This document shows, piece by piece, positions 28,841-37,499 of a stretch of 64,000 nucleotides of DNA. The notes under the pieces are model-generated. The model saw only the letters and a list, made by a program, of their open reading frames with translations, was not told where the DNA came from and ran no database searches. Each line of letters starts with the position of its first letter. Position 1 is the first letter of the stretch. The position numbers and the translations under genes are program-made. The DNA comes from an uncultured Lachnospiraceae bacterium (GTDB lineage Bacteria > Bacillota > Clostridia > Lachnospirales > Lachnospiraceae), in assembly GCA_958349535.1 (NCBI GenBank), contig CATWDJ010000003.1, positions 103,261 through 167,260 of the forward strand. The letters are read 5' to 3'.

Positions 28841-29641
28841 ATGAAAAAGACAGAAAAAAACACAAAGGGCTATGCAATAGCAGCCATAGTTTTTTTTATT
28901 GCATTTTTGGTTTTTACAGGAATGCTTATATATCAGAAGACAAGAGAAAAGCAGGCAGCCAAGGACTATGAAAAACTGGCAGAAGATACAAAAAAAACAT
29001 CGGAAGAATCCGAAAAGGAACAAGATATTTTGTCAGAACGTGGAATTGTCATTCCGGAAAAAAATATAGAATGGTCTGCACTTAAAAAGAAAAACAAAGA
29101 TATCTATGCATGGATTTATATTCCAAATACGAAGATAGATTATCCGATTTTACAGCATTCCACAGAGCTTTCCTATTATTTGAATCACAATCTGGATGGA
29201 AGTGAGGGATATCCGGGATGTATTTATACACAAAATTTGAATCAAAAAGATTTTACCGATCCTAATACGGTTATTTATGGACATAACATGAAGGATGGAA
29301 GTATGTTTGCCAACCTTCATTTGTATGAAGATAACAAATTTTTTGAAGAAAACAGATATGTATTTATTTACACGGAAGAGCAGGTTTATGTTTATGAGAT
29401 ATTCGCCGTTTATGAGGGTAGTGATATACATTTGCTATACAATTTTGATTTTGGCACGCCTTCCAATTTCCAGATGTATCTGGATTCCGTGTTGAAAATA
29501 CGGGATATGAATGCACACATTGCAGAGGATGTGGAGGTCAGTTCCCATAATCATATTATTACGATGTCTACCTGCATTAAAAATAAACCAAAGAACAGGT
29601 ATCTGGTGCAGGCAGTATTAGTTAATGAACCGAAAGAGTAA
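28841..29641 (+). CDS. srtB: Class B sortase
   Basis: N-terminal TM, DYPILQH...YYLNH, VIYGHNM catalytic His, ITMSTC catalytic Cys, downstream Arg (NRYLVQ). ATG at 28841 chosen over the upstream TTG. Confidence 0.78.
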   Translation: MKKTEKNTKGYAIAAIVFFIAFLVFTGMLIYQKTREKQAAKDYEKLAEDTKKTSEESEKEQDILSERGIVIPEKNIEWSALKKKNKDIYAWIYIPNTKIDYPILQHSTELSYYLNHNLDGSEGYPGCIYTQNLNQKDFTDPNTVIYGHNMKDGSMFANLHLYEDNKFFEENRYVFIYTEEQVYVYEIFAVYEGSDIHLLYNFDFGTPSNFQMYLDSVLKIRDMNAHIAEDVEVSSHNHIITMSTCIKNKPKNRYLVQAVLVNEPKE

Positions 29642-29654
29642 GGGAGAAAGGAAG

Positions 29655-31055
29655 ATGAAACATAAGAGAAAATATAGTGTGCTAAAGCATTTGGATTTTC
29701 TGTTCTTGGATTTTATCTGTATAGAGTTGTCATTTTTTCTTGCCTGTTTATTTCGAAAAAATGCATTTTTAAATGGTATCAGACAGTATTTGTTTATATT
29801 GATTATAGCTGGAGTTACATTCTTTGGAATTGTTATGTTCTGGAATATTTATTCCGGTATTCTGCGAAGAAATTTTTTTGACGAGTTAAAAAGTAGCTTT
29901 GCATTGATATCAGAAATTTTTGTTTCGTTGACCATGTATTGTTTTTTGACAAAAAGTACAGAAGAGTATTCGCGAGTGGTGCTGGTTGCCTTTTTTAGTA
30001 TTGCATTTCCGTTGGATTTTCTTTTTAGAGTACTATTAAAAGAACTTGTAAGAAAAAAAATAAAAAACAGAAATGGTGAAACGCTTTTATTTATCAGAGA
30101 AGAAGATGTTATAAAATGCAGCAATATTTTTACGAATCAGGCAGAGTCCGGTGTGATTGCAACGGGAATAGTTACCTATGAAAAAACTGACAAAAAGGAA
30201 ATCGGAGGAATTCCAATTGTCTGCTCAAAGGAAGGATTGCGGTCGTACATAGAATCTCACAGGGTGGATTGTGTTTTTATCCATTTGCAGGAAGTATCCG
30301 TACATTCCTACATAGATTTTCTGGTAAAAAAGGATGTGGTGGTTTACCGTTCTTTGCGGAATCTGGAGAAAAGTTCTCTTCGCTATCGGGTAGAGGAGAT
30401 GAACGGATATAAGGCACTATGTATTCGTGAGAGGAAACAGTCTCTGGGACAGGCAGTTTTAAAAAGAGCAGGAGATATCATCGGTGCCTGTATAGGTCTG
30501 ATGTTAACGCTTCCAATTACTTTGATTACAGCTATTCTGATTAAGCTGGAGGATGGAGGACCGGTGTTGTATGTGTCCAAACGGGTAGGACAGCATGGGA
30601 AAGAATTTTCCATCTATAAGTTTCGAAGTATGAAATTAAATGCAGATAAATTAGAGGATATGCTCACACCCGAGGAACTGGAGCAATATTATAGGGAATA
30701 TAAATTGGAGAATGATCCACGGGTCACACGAATCGGAGCGGTCATTCGAAAGTTCAGTATAGATGAGCTGCCGCAGCTTATCAATATTATCAAGGGAGAT
30801 ATGTCCTTTGTGGGTCCAAGACCGTTAGTGGAAAAGGAGACACAGCTGTATGGAGCCAAACGGGAACTTTTGCTCAGTTTAAAGCCGGGATTGACCGGTT
30901 ATTGGCAAGCATATGGAAGAAACAATGTCACCTATGAGAGTGGAAAAAGGCAGGAGATGGAGTTGTATTATATCGAACAATTTTCATGGTGGTTTGATAT
31001 CAAGATTATGATTAGGACCGTAAAAGCAGTATTGACAGCAGATGGGGCAGGTTAG
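29655..31055 (+). CDS. Polyprenyl-phosphate hexose-1-phosphate transferase (bacterial sugar transferase, CpsE/WbaP-like priming enzyme)
   Basis: 4-5 N-terminal TM helices. C-terminal sugar-transferase domain with DELPQLINIIKGDMSFVGPRP. ATG with AAGGGAGAAAGG SD. Confidence 0.82.
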   Translation: MKHKRKYSVLKHLDFLFLDFICIELSFFLACLFRKNAFLNGIRQYLFILIIAGVTFFGIVMFWNIYSGILRRNFFDELKSSFALISEIFVSLTMYCFLTKSTEEYSRVVLVAFFSIAFPLDFLFRVLLKELVRKKIKNRNGETLLFIREEDVIKCSNIFTNQAESGVIATGIVTYEKTDKKEIGGIPIVCSKEGLRSYIESHRVDCVFIHLQEVSVHSYIDFLVKKDVVVYRSLRNLEKSSLRYRVEEMNGYKALCIRERKQSLGQAVLKRAGDIIGACIGLMLTLPITLITAILIKLEDGGPVLYVSKRVGQHGKEFSIYKFRSMKLNADKLEDMLTPEELEQYYREYKLENDPRVTRIGAVIRKFSIDELPQLINIIKGDMSFVGPRPLVEKETQLYGAKRELLLSLKPGLTGYWQAYGRNNVTYESGKRQEMELYYIEQFSWWFDIKIMIRTVKAVLTADGAG

Positions 31056-31066
31056 GAGGAGAAGTT

Positions 31067-31888
31067 ATGGATAGCTTGGGTTTTGTGATTCTTACATGGA
31101 ATTCTGAAAATGTAATTAAGGATTGTCTTTCTTCCATTCAAAATCTGGGTAATTATAAAATAACAGTTTTTATTATAGATAATGGTTCAGAAGATAAGAC
31201 CATGGAAATTATAGAGGAAATGCAGCCATTGTTTTCCGAAGACAAAAGACTGGAATGTATTGCCTTAGAGGAAAATAAAGGAACGACAAAAAGCAGAAAT
31301 ATAGGATTAAAAAAGCTGTCAGATGTAGACTGGGTGTGTATTCTGGATTCCGATACACAGATTAATCAGGATGCCATTGATGGTATGATTGGTGTTTTAA
31401 AAGAGAATGCTCAAAATGGAATTGTAGGTCCAAGAATGCTTACCTCAGAAGGTAAGATACAGAATTCCGGACGGAGAATCCCAACACTTACAGAAAAAAT
31501 ATGCAAGGTATTGCCTGTCAGTTGCATACAACAATATGCAGAAAAACTGGAACGATATGAAGGAATAGAGGAGGATAGGCTTATACCGGTGGGATATCTG
31601 ATGTCAGCCTGCTGGGTTATGCGAAGTGAGATGATAGAAGAAATAGGATTCTTAGATGAGAATATATTCTATGCACCGGAGGATGTGGAATATTGTATTC
31701 GGGCATGGAAGAGCGGCTATCGGGTTTTGTTTGACGGTCGGGTAAGGATTATCCACGAATGGCAGAGATTATCCAGAAAGAAGCTGATTAGTAAGCATAA
31801 TGTGGAACATGTGAAAGGCTTGTTATATCTATATAAAAAATATAGATTCCTTTTTCGTTCCAAAAAAATAGAGAAGCTCGTTACATAA
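31067..31888 (+). CDS. Family 2 glycosyltransferase
   Basis: FVILTWNSENVIKDC...FIIDNGSEDKT and DSD/DxD (ILDSDTQ) motifs. Confidence 0.75.
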   Translation: MDSLGFVILTWNSENVIKDCLSSIQNLGNYKITVFIIDNGSEDKTMEIIEEMQPLFSEDKRLECIALEENKGTTKSRNIGLKKLSDVDWVCILDSDTQINQDAIDGMIGVLKENAQNGIVGPRMLTSEGKIQNSGRRIPTLTEKICKVLPVSCIQQYAEKLERYEGIEEDRLIPVGYLMSACWVMRSEMIEEIGFLDENIFYAPEDVEYCIRAWKSGYRVLFDGRVRIIHEWQRLSRKKLISKHNVEHVKGLLYLYKKYRFLFRSKKIEKLVT

Positions 31889-31901
31889 AAGGAGAAGTTA
31901 C

Positions 31902-33359
31902 ATGAAAATATTTTTTATCAATCCACCATTTAAATCAGAATATGGAAAATTTTCCAGAGAAAACAGGAGTCCGACCGTAACAAGAAGCGGAACTCTGTAT
32001 TATCCGTTGTGGTTAATTTATGCAGCAGCAGTTTGCAAAAAGGATGGATTCGAGGTGGAATTTCTGGATGCTCCTGCGGCACCGTTAAATCACAGACAGT
32101 CTTATGATTTTATACAACGACATGGAGAAGGAACCAAGCTGTTTGTGATAGATACAAGTACCCCATCTATTTATAACGATATCGCCTTTGGGGATTATCT
32201 GAAAGAACAATATCCACAGGCGAAGGTTATGCTGGTAGGAACACATCCTTCTGCTCTTCCAATCGAAACATTTAGAAATGCAAAGAAGATAGACGCGATT
32301 GCCCGTCATGAATTTGATTATATCGTTCGGGATTATGCAAGGGCAATCCGGGATGGCTTATCCACAGAAAAGGTACAGGGAATTACATACCGAAAGGGAG
32401 ATGAAATCATCAGTAATCCGGATATGGAGTACATTACAGAGTTGGATGAAATTCCATTTGCAGCACAGTTCATCAAGGAATACTTAAACTATAAAGATTA
32501 TTTTTTTGCGGCAGCAGAATATCCTGAAATTCAGATTTTTACAGGAAGAGGATGCATGGCACACTGTAATTATTGTGTTTATCCGCAGACGTTACATGGA
32601 CATCAGTATCGGCTTAGAACGCCTGAAAATGTAGTGGCAGAGTTTGAATATATCTCAAAAAATTTTCCGGATGTCAAACAAATTGTCATTGAAGATGATA
32701 CCTTTACTGCAAAAAAGCAACGGGTAGTGGAGATATGCAATCTGCTAATTGAAAAAGGGCTGCACAAAAAACTTAGATGGCTTTGCAATGCCAGAGTAAA
32801 TCTGGATTATGAAACCATGAAGCTGATGAAAAAGGCAGGATGTCATTTGATAATTCCGGGCATTGAAAGCGGTTCACAGGAAATATTGGATAATATCAAA
32901 AAGGGAACTACATTGGAATTGATTCATGCCTATATTAGAAATGCGAAAAAGGCAGGTTTAAATGTACATGCCTGTTACATGGTTGGGAATAAAGGCGAAA
33001 CAAAAGAGACTATGGAGGAAACCTTACGACTGGCATTGGAACTTAATACGGACACGGCACAATTCTATCCACTATTGCCTTTTCCTGGTACAGAGGCTTA
33101 TGAATGGGCAAAAAGTAATGGTTATATCAAAGGAGATTATTCGGATTATTGCAAAGAGGATGGAACCATTAACTGTGTTTTGGAGCTTCCAAACATCTCT
33201 TCAGAAGAGATGGTGGAATTCTGTGATAATGCGAGAAAAAAATATTATTGGAGAGTGAGCTATATCCTACACAGACTATGGGCTGGCTTACGAAATCCGG
33301 ATGATTTGAAGAGGTCTTTTAAGGCCTTCGGGAAATTTAAGAAGTATTTGTTCAAATAA
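31902..33359 (+). CDS. B12-binding-domain radical SAM enzyme (class-B radical SAM, methyltransferase-like)
   Basis: N-terminal cobalamin-binding Rossmann-like region. CxxxCxxC radical SAM motif (GRGCMAHCNYCVYP) in the middle. 485 aa. Confidence 0.7.
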   Translation: MKIFFINPPFKSEYGKFSRENRSPTVTRSGTLYYPLWLIYAAAVCKKDGFEVEFLDAPAAPLNHRQSYDFIQRHGEGTKLFVIDTSTPSIYNDIAFGDYLKEQYPQAKVMLVGTHPSALPIETFRNAKKIDAIARHEFDYIVRDYARAIRDGLSTEKVQGITYRKGDEIISNPDMEYITELDEIPFAAQFIKEYLNYKDYFFAAAEYPEIQIFTGRGCMAHCNYCVYPQTLHGHQYRLRTPENVVAEFEYISKNFPDVKQIVIEDDTFTAKKQRVVEICNLLIEKGLHKKLRWLCNARVNLDYETMKLMKKAGCHLIIPGIESGSQEILDNIKKGTTLELIHAYIRNAKKAGLNVHACYMVGNKGETKETMEETLRLALELNTDTAQFYPLLPFPGTEAYEWAKSNGYIKGDYSDYCKEDGTINCVLELPNISSEEMVEFCDNARKKYYWRVSYILHRLWAGLRNPDDLKRSFKAFGKFKKYLFK

Positions 33360-33374
33360 AAAATCACGCACCTT

Positions 33375-33399
33375 GACAATTACATATCTTACATGAGGA
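33375..33399. repeat. Left arm of a 25-bp inverted repeat (gacaattacatatcttacatGagga), 24/25 match to the right arm
   Basis: Exact reverse-complement comparison with 33643-33667. A perfect TTGACA -35-like hexamer overlaps the outer edge (33373-33378). Confidence 0.8.
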
Positions 33400-33642
33400 T
33401 GATAAAATATGAAGTTGTACAACTTCAGAATGTCATCAGCCATCCGTATGGGACGTTCCGAGGGTATGGAATATGGTAGAGAGGAAGGCATATGAACCTT
33501 AATTGGAATCTGCCAAGAATTAAATGTGGAAAAGGAATTTGTGCAGAACAAGCTTCAGTTAGAATACGGATTTACCCTGCAAGAGTCAGAAGAGAAAATC
33601 AAACGATATTGGAAATAGAAAATATAACGGATAAGCGAACAC

Positions 33643-33667
33643 TCCTGATGTAAGATATGTAATTGTC
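33643..33667. repeat. Right arm of the 25-bp inverted repeat (tcctGatgtaagatatgtaattgtc)
   Basis: Reverse complement equals the left arm with one mismatch. 243 bp separate the arms. Confidence 0.8.
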
Positions 33668-33723
33668 TTATGTTGGGAGTGCTTTTTGTGTGGGAAGATA
33701 AGAAGTAAAGAGGCGAAAAAAGA

Positions 33724-34647
33724 ATGATTTTGAAAACTTTCGAATTATTAAAGAAAGAAGCAAATAGTATGGATTCTGTAGTTTTAGATGATGTGCAGTT
33801 AAAGAGATTACAACAGTTTCTTACGAATATGCTTGGAGAAATTATAGAAAAATTTGAAGAAAAAAATATTCAATACTTTCTTTGCGGTGGAACAGCTTTA
33901 GGAGCAGTTCGTCATAAAGGATTTATTCCTTGGGATGATGATATAGATATTTTTATGTCGCGTGAAAATTACAATAGATTAGAGAAAGAATTCACCACAA
34001 TGTTTGGAGAAAAATATATTTTGTGTTCTCCAAACCAAAATTCAGAAGGGTTACCAATGCCTCGGATTAGAGATTGTAATTCGGTGGTAAAAACAGTTAT
34101 GGAGGTAGATAAAGAGCACCAAGGAGCGTTTTGCGATATTTTTATCTTAGAAAACACTTATAACAATCCGGTATTAAGAGTTTTGCATGGAATTTTTTGT
34201 GATTTTTGTGGATTAATAGCATCTAGCAGGAGAATTTATGAGGAACGCAATATATATAAGAAATATTACAGAGGAAGTAAAAAAGTAATGCGGGCTATTC
34301 GAATTAAATCAGCAATCGGATATTGTGTAAGTTTTTTGTCTGTAGAAAAGTGGGTTCAGCTTACCGATAAATGTTATTCCATGTGTAAAGATAACCATTC
34401 TAAAAAAGTGTCCTGCCCTACAGGACGAAAGCATTATTTTGGTGAGATGTATTTGAGGAAAGATATCTGTGTGCCAAGAAAAGCAGAATTTGAGGGAAAT
34501 CTATGGGATATTCCGGATAATGTAGAAATGTATTTAAAGAGACTTTATGGAAACTATATGCAGATACCAGATGAAGGTAAGCGAGAAAGGCATTCTGTTT
34601 TAGAATTAAAATTAGGAGACTATAATTTCGCATGCAGTAAACATTAA
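33724..34647 (+). CDS. licD: LicD-family phosphotransferase (phosphocholine/ribitol-phosphate transferase family, fukutin-like)
   Basis: FLCGGTALGAVRHKGFIPWDDDIDIFM nucleotidyltransferase-fold motif of the LicD family. Low-GC gene. Confidence 0.75.
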   Translation: MILKTFELLKKEANSMDSVVLDDVQLKRLQQFLTNMLGEIIEKFEEKNIQYFLCGGTALGAVRHKGFIPWDDDIDIFMSRENYNRLEKEFTTMFGEKYILCSPNQNSEGLPMPRIRDCNSVVKTVMEVDKEHQGAFCDIFILENTYNNPVLRVLHGIFCDFCGLIASSRRIYEERNIYKKYYRGSKKVMRAIRIKSAIGYCVSFLSVEKWVQLTDKCYSMCKDNHSKKVSCPTGRKHYFGEMYLRKDICVPRKAEFEGNLWDIPDNVEMYLKRLYGNYMQIPDEGKRERHSVLELKLGDYNFACSKH

Positions 34648-34661
34648 TTGGAGGGATAAAG

Positions 34662-35378
34662 ATGAATATTGCGTTATTAACAGCAGCCGGTTCGGGCACA
34701 CGGATGCATCAGGATATTCCGAAACAGTTTATTCATGTAAAGGATAAGCCGGTAATCATATATACGATGTTGGCATTTCAAAAGCATCCAAGTATTGATG
34801 CTATTATGGTAGTTACCTTGGATTCATGGAAAGAGGTGGTCTGGGCTTATGCAAAACAGTTTAATATATCAAAATTAAAATGGGTTATTAGTGGAGGGAA
34901 AACAGGTCAAGATTCTATTTTTTTGGGCTTGCAGACATTAATGACTGAAGTAGGAGGTAATAATGTTGTAATGGTACATGACGGAAATCGTCCGTTGGTA
35001 TCTTCAGAGATTATATCAGACAATCTCGCTATTTATAAAAAATATGGTTCGGCAGTTACGGCGATACCCTGTACAGAAGTGGTGTTTGAAAGTGAAGATG
35101 GGATATCCTCCTGTATTTCCACACCACGAGAGAAATTAGTTAGAACACAGACACCACATACATATCAATTAGAAGAATTGTATCATGCACATTTAATAGC
35201 ACAAGAGAAAGGAATAGAAAAAACGGCAGCATCTTGTATGCTTATGAAAGAATTAGGGAGAGAGACTTATTTTTCAAAGGGTTCAGAGGAGAATCTAAAA
35301 ATAACCACATTGGATGATCTGAATATGTTTAAGGCATTGTTAAATATGCAGCAAGAGTCATGGATAAAGAGTCAGTAA
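34662..35378 (+). CDS. IspD-like cytidylyltransferase (TarI-like, putative CDP-ribitol synthase cytidylyltransferase component)
   Basis: IALLTAAGSGTRM..PKQF glycine-rich CTP-binding loop of the IspD/TarI family. 238 aa. Adjacent to LicD and an SDR. Confidence 0.65.
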   Translation: MNIALLTAAGSGTRMHQDIPKQFIHVKDKPVIIYTMLAFQKHPSIDAIMVVTLDSWKEVVWAYAKQFNISKLKWVISGGKTGQDSIFLGLQTLMTEVGGNNVVMVHDGNRPLVSSEIISDNLAIYKKYGSAVTAIPCTEVVFESEDGISSCISTPREKLVRTQTPHTYQLEELYHAHLIAQEKGIEKTAASCMLMKELGRETYFSKGSEENLKITTLDDLNMFKALLNMQQESWIKSQ

Positions 35379-35397
35379 AAAACAGGAGAGACAGAGT

Positions 35398-36471
35398 ATG
35401 AGACTTTTGGAAAATGAACAATATCAAAATGATGTGCGAAGAATTGCAGAAACAGCAATACCATGGGAAAAGTTGAAAAATACATCTATTCTAATTTCTG
35501 GAGCAACAGGGATGATAGGAAAATTTTTGATTGATGTAATCATGTTTCGTAATATGAGATATCAACAGCAGTGTAAAATTTATGCATTAGGGAGAAATAC
35601 GGAAAAAGCCATAGAACGTTTTGAGGAATATGAAGAAGATAGTAAATTTGCTTTTATTCCATCAGATATTAACAAAGAAATAGAAGTAGATTGTATTGAA
35701 AAAATTGACTATGTAATACATGCAGCAAGTAATACGCATCCAATTGCTTATGCAAAAGATCCGATAGGAACCATTACAACGAATGTACTGGGGCTAAAAA
35801 ATATGTTGGATATCGCAAAGGACAAACATATAAAAAGATTTTTATTTTTGTCATCAGTAGAAATATATGGAGAAAATAAAGGAAATGTGGAATTATTTGA
35901 TGAGGAATACTGTGGTTATATTGACTGCAACACACTAAGGGCAGGCTATCCGGAGAGTAAACGTGTGGGAGAAGCACTTTGTCAAGCATACCGAAAACAA
36001 TATGAGATGGATATAGTGATACCGAGACTGGCAAGAAGTTTTGGACCTACAATGTTGTTGTCGGATTCTAAAGCAAGTTCCCAATTTATAAAAAAAGGAG
36101 TTGCAGGAGAAAATATCATATTAAAAAGCAAGGGAAATCAGCTTTATTCTTATATTTATGTTGCTGATGCGGTATCAGGAATATTGACCTGTATGCTTTT
36201 AGGAGAAGATGGACAGGCATATAATATAGCAGACGAAAAATGTAATGTAAGATTATTGGATATGGCGAGAATAACTGCTGATTGTGTGGGGACTAATGTG
36301 TTATTTGAAATGCCCAACCAGACAGAGCAAGAAGGATACTCGAAAGCCACAAAAGCGTTAATGAATAGTAAAAAAATAAGAAACTTGGGCTGGGAAGCTA
36401 AGTATGATTTGAGTACAGGGCTAAAGCAGACCATAGATATTTTAAAGAATACACAGAGGATAGAACAATGA
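35398..36471 (+). CDS. NAD(P)-dependent extended short-chain dehydrogenase/epimerase (candidate reductase partner of the cytidylyltransferase)
   Basis: ILISGATGMIGKF Rossmann motif and YPESK catalytic Tyr-x3-Lys. 357 aa. Confidence 0.65.
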   Translation: MRLLENEQYQNDVRRIAETAIPWEKLKNTSILISGATGMIGKFLIDVIMFRNMRYQQQCKIYALGRNTEKAIERFEEYEEDSKFAFIPSDINKEIEVDCIEKIDYVIHAASNTHPIAYAKDPIGTITTNVLGLKNMLDIAKDKHIKRFLFLSSVEIYGENKGNVELFDEEYCGYIDCNTLRAGYPESKRVGEALCQAYRKQYEMDIVIPRLARSFGPTMLLSDSKASSQFIKKGVAGENIILKSKGNQLYSYIYVADAVSGILTCMLLGEDGQAYNIADEKCNVRLLDMARITADCVGTNVLFEMPNQTEQEGYSKATKALMNSKKIRNLGWEAKYDLSTGLKQTIDILKNTQRIEQ

Positions 36472-37484
36472 AACTAAGTATTATAGTACCTGTTTATAAT
36501 GCTGAGGATACAATAAGAAGATGTGTGGACAGCATATTGGGACAGGGGTTCAAGGACTTTGAATTGATATTAGTAGATGACGGTTCCACAGATAGAAGCG
36601 GAAGTATTTTGGAGGAGTATAAAGAAAAAGATAATCGGATATCTGTGATACACCAAATCAATCAGGGGGTATCAGCAGCAAGAAATGTGGGTATTTCAAA
36701 TTCGGTGGGAGAGTGGATATCTTTTGTGGATGCGGACGATTATTTGGCACTAAATTGTTTTGAAACAGTTTTTGATAAAGAGGAGATAGAAAACTATGAT
36801 TTGGTTTGCTGGAATCGAATCAATGTGAAAGCAGGAGTGGAACAAAAAACGTATATATCAAAAGAAGTAAATGAGAAAGATAAGATATATTCTTCAAAAG
36901 AATTAAAACCATATGTGATATGGAGTACAAATGGGAACATACCTTTGGGTAGTGTATGTTGTCGATTATTTAGAAAAAGAGTAATGGATACATATCATAT
37001 ACGGTTTAAAGAAGAATTGGTATATGCAGAAGACCGTATGTTTTTGTGGGATTATCTTGAAGTAGTACAAAAAATATTTCATTATTCGGATTTTTTATAT
37101 TATAGAATTTTATCGGCGGATTCTGCAATGCACAGATGGAGACCGGATACGAAAGATATACTATTGTTACTGATGCAAACGATAGAAGAAAAAATAGATT
37201 TTACAGAAGAAAAGAATTTAACCGAGGTATATCATCAGTTTGTATTGGTCGAGTTAATGTCTTTTTATTTGGAATCTTACCTTTGCAATGCTAAAAATTC
37301 TATGAGTAGAAAACAGAGGAAAAGAGAATTGCAGGAGTTGCTGCAGGATGAAAGGATGCGAAATGTTTTCAAAGACACACAATCCTATTTCAAGATGTCT
37401 TGGAAGTCCAGAGTAAAGGTATATTGTGTGAAGTATCAAAGGATTTGGATTTTGGATAAGTGGTATAGAAATAAAAGATATTAG
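36468..37484 (+). CDS. Family 2 glycosyltransferase
   Basis: MKLSIIVPVYNAEDTI...LILVDDGSTDRS...VDADD motifs. Confidence 0.8.
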   Translation: MKLSIIVPVYNAEDTIRRCVDSILGQGFKDFELILVDDGSTDRSGSILEEYKEKDNRISVIHQINQGVSAARNVGISNSVGEWISFVDADDYLALNCFETVFDKEEIENYDLVCWNRINVKAGVEQKTYISKEVNEKDKIYSSKELKPYVIWSTNGNIPLGSVCCRLFRKRVMDTYHIRFKEELVYAEDRMFLWDYLEVVQKIFHYSDFLYYRILSADSAMHRWRPDTKDILLLLMQTIEEKIDFTEEKNLTEVYHQFVLVELMSFYLESYLCNAKNSMSRKQRKRELQELLQDERMRNVFKDTQSYFKMSWKSRVKVYCVKYQRIWILDKWYRNKRY

Positions 37485-37499
37485 TAAGGATTTCAGGAT

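Noticed and set aside
33360-33723. Possible c-di-GMP (GEMM) or other riboswitch upstream of licD
   Set aside because: An ACGCAC string at 33365 superficially resembles the start of GEMM-I, but the conserved GGCAAACC / CGAAAG elements are absent. The inverted-repeat architecture fits a DNA-level element better.
34662-35378. Interpreting the IspD-like gene as LicC (CTP:phosphocholine cytidylyltransferase) and the cassette as a phosphocholine-decoration system
   Set aside because: No licA (choline kinase) or licB (choline transporter) homologues are present. The adjacent SDR reductase fits a CDP-polyol (ribitol) route better.
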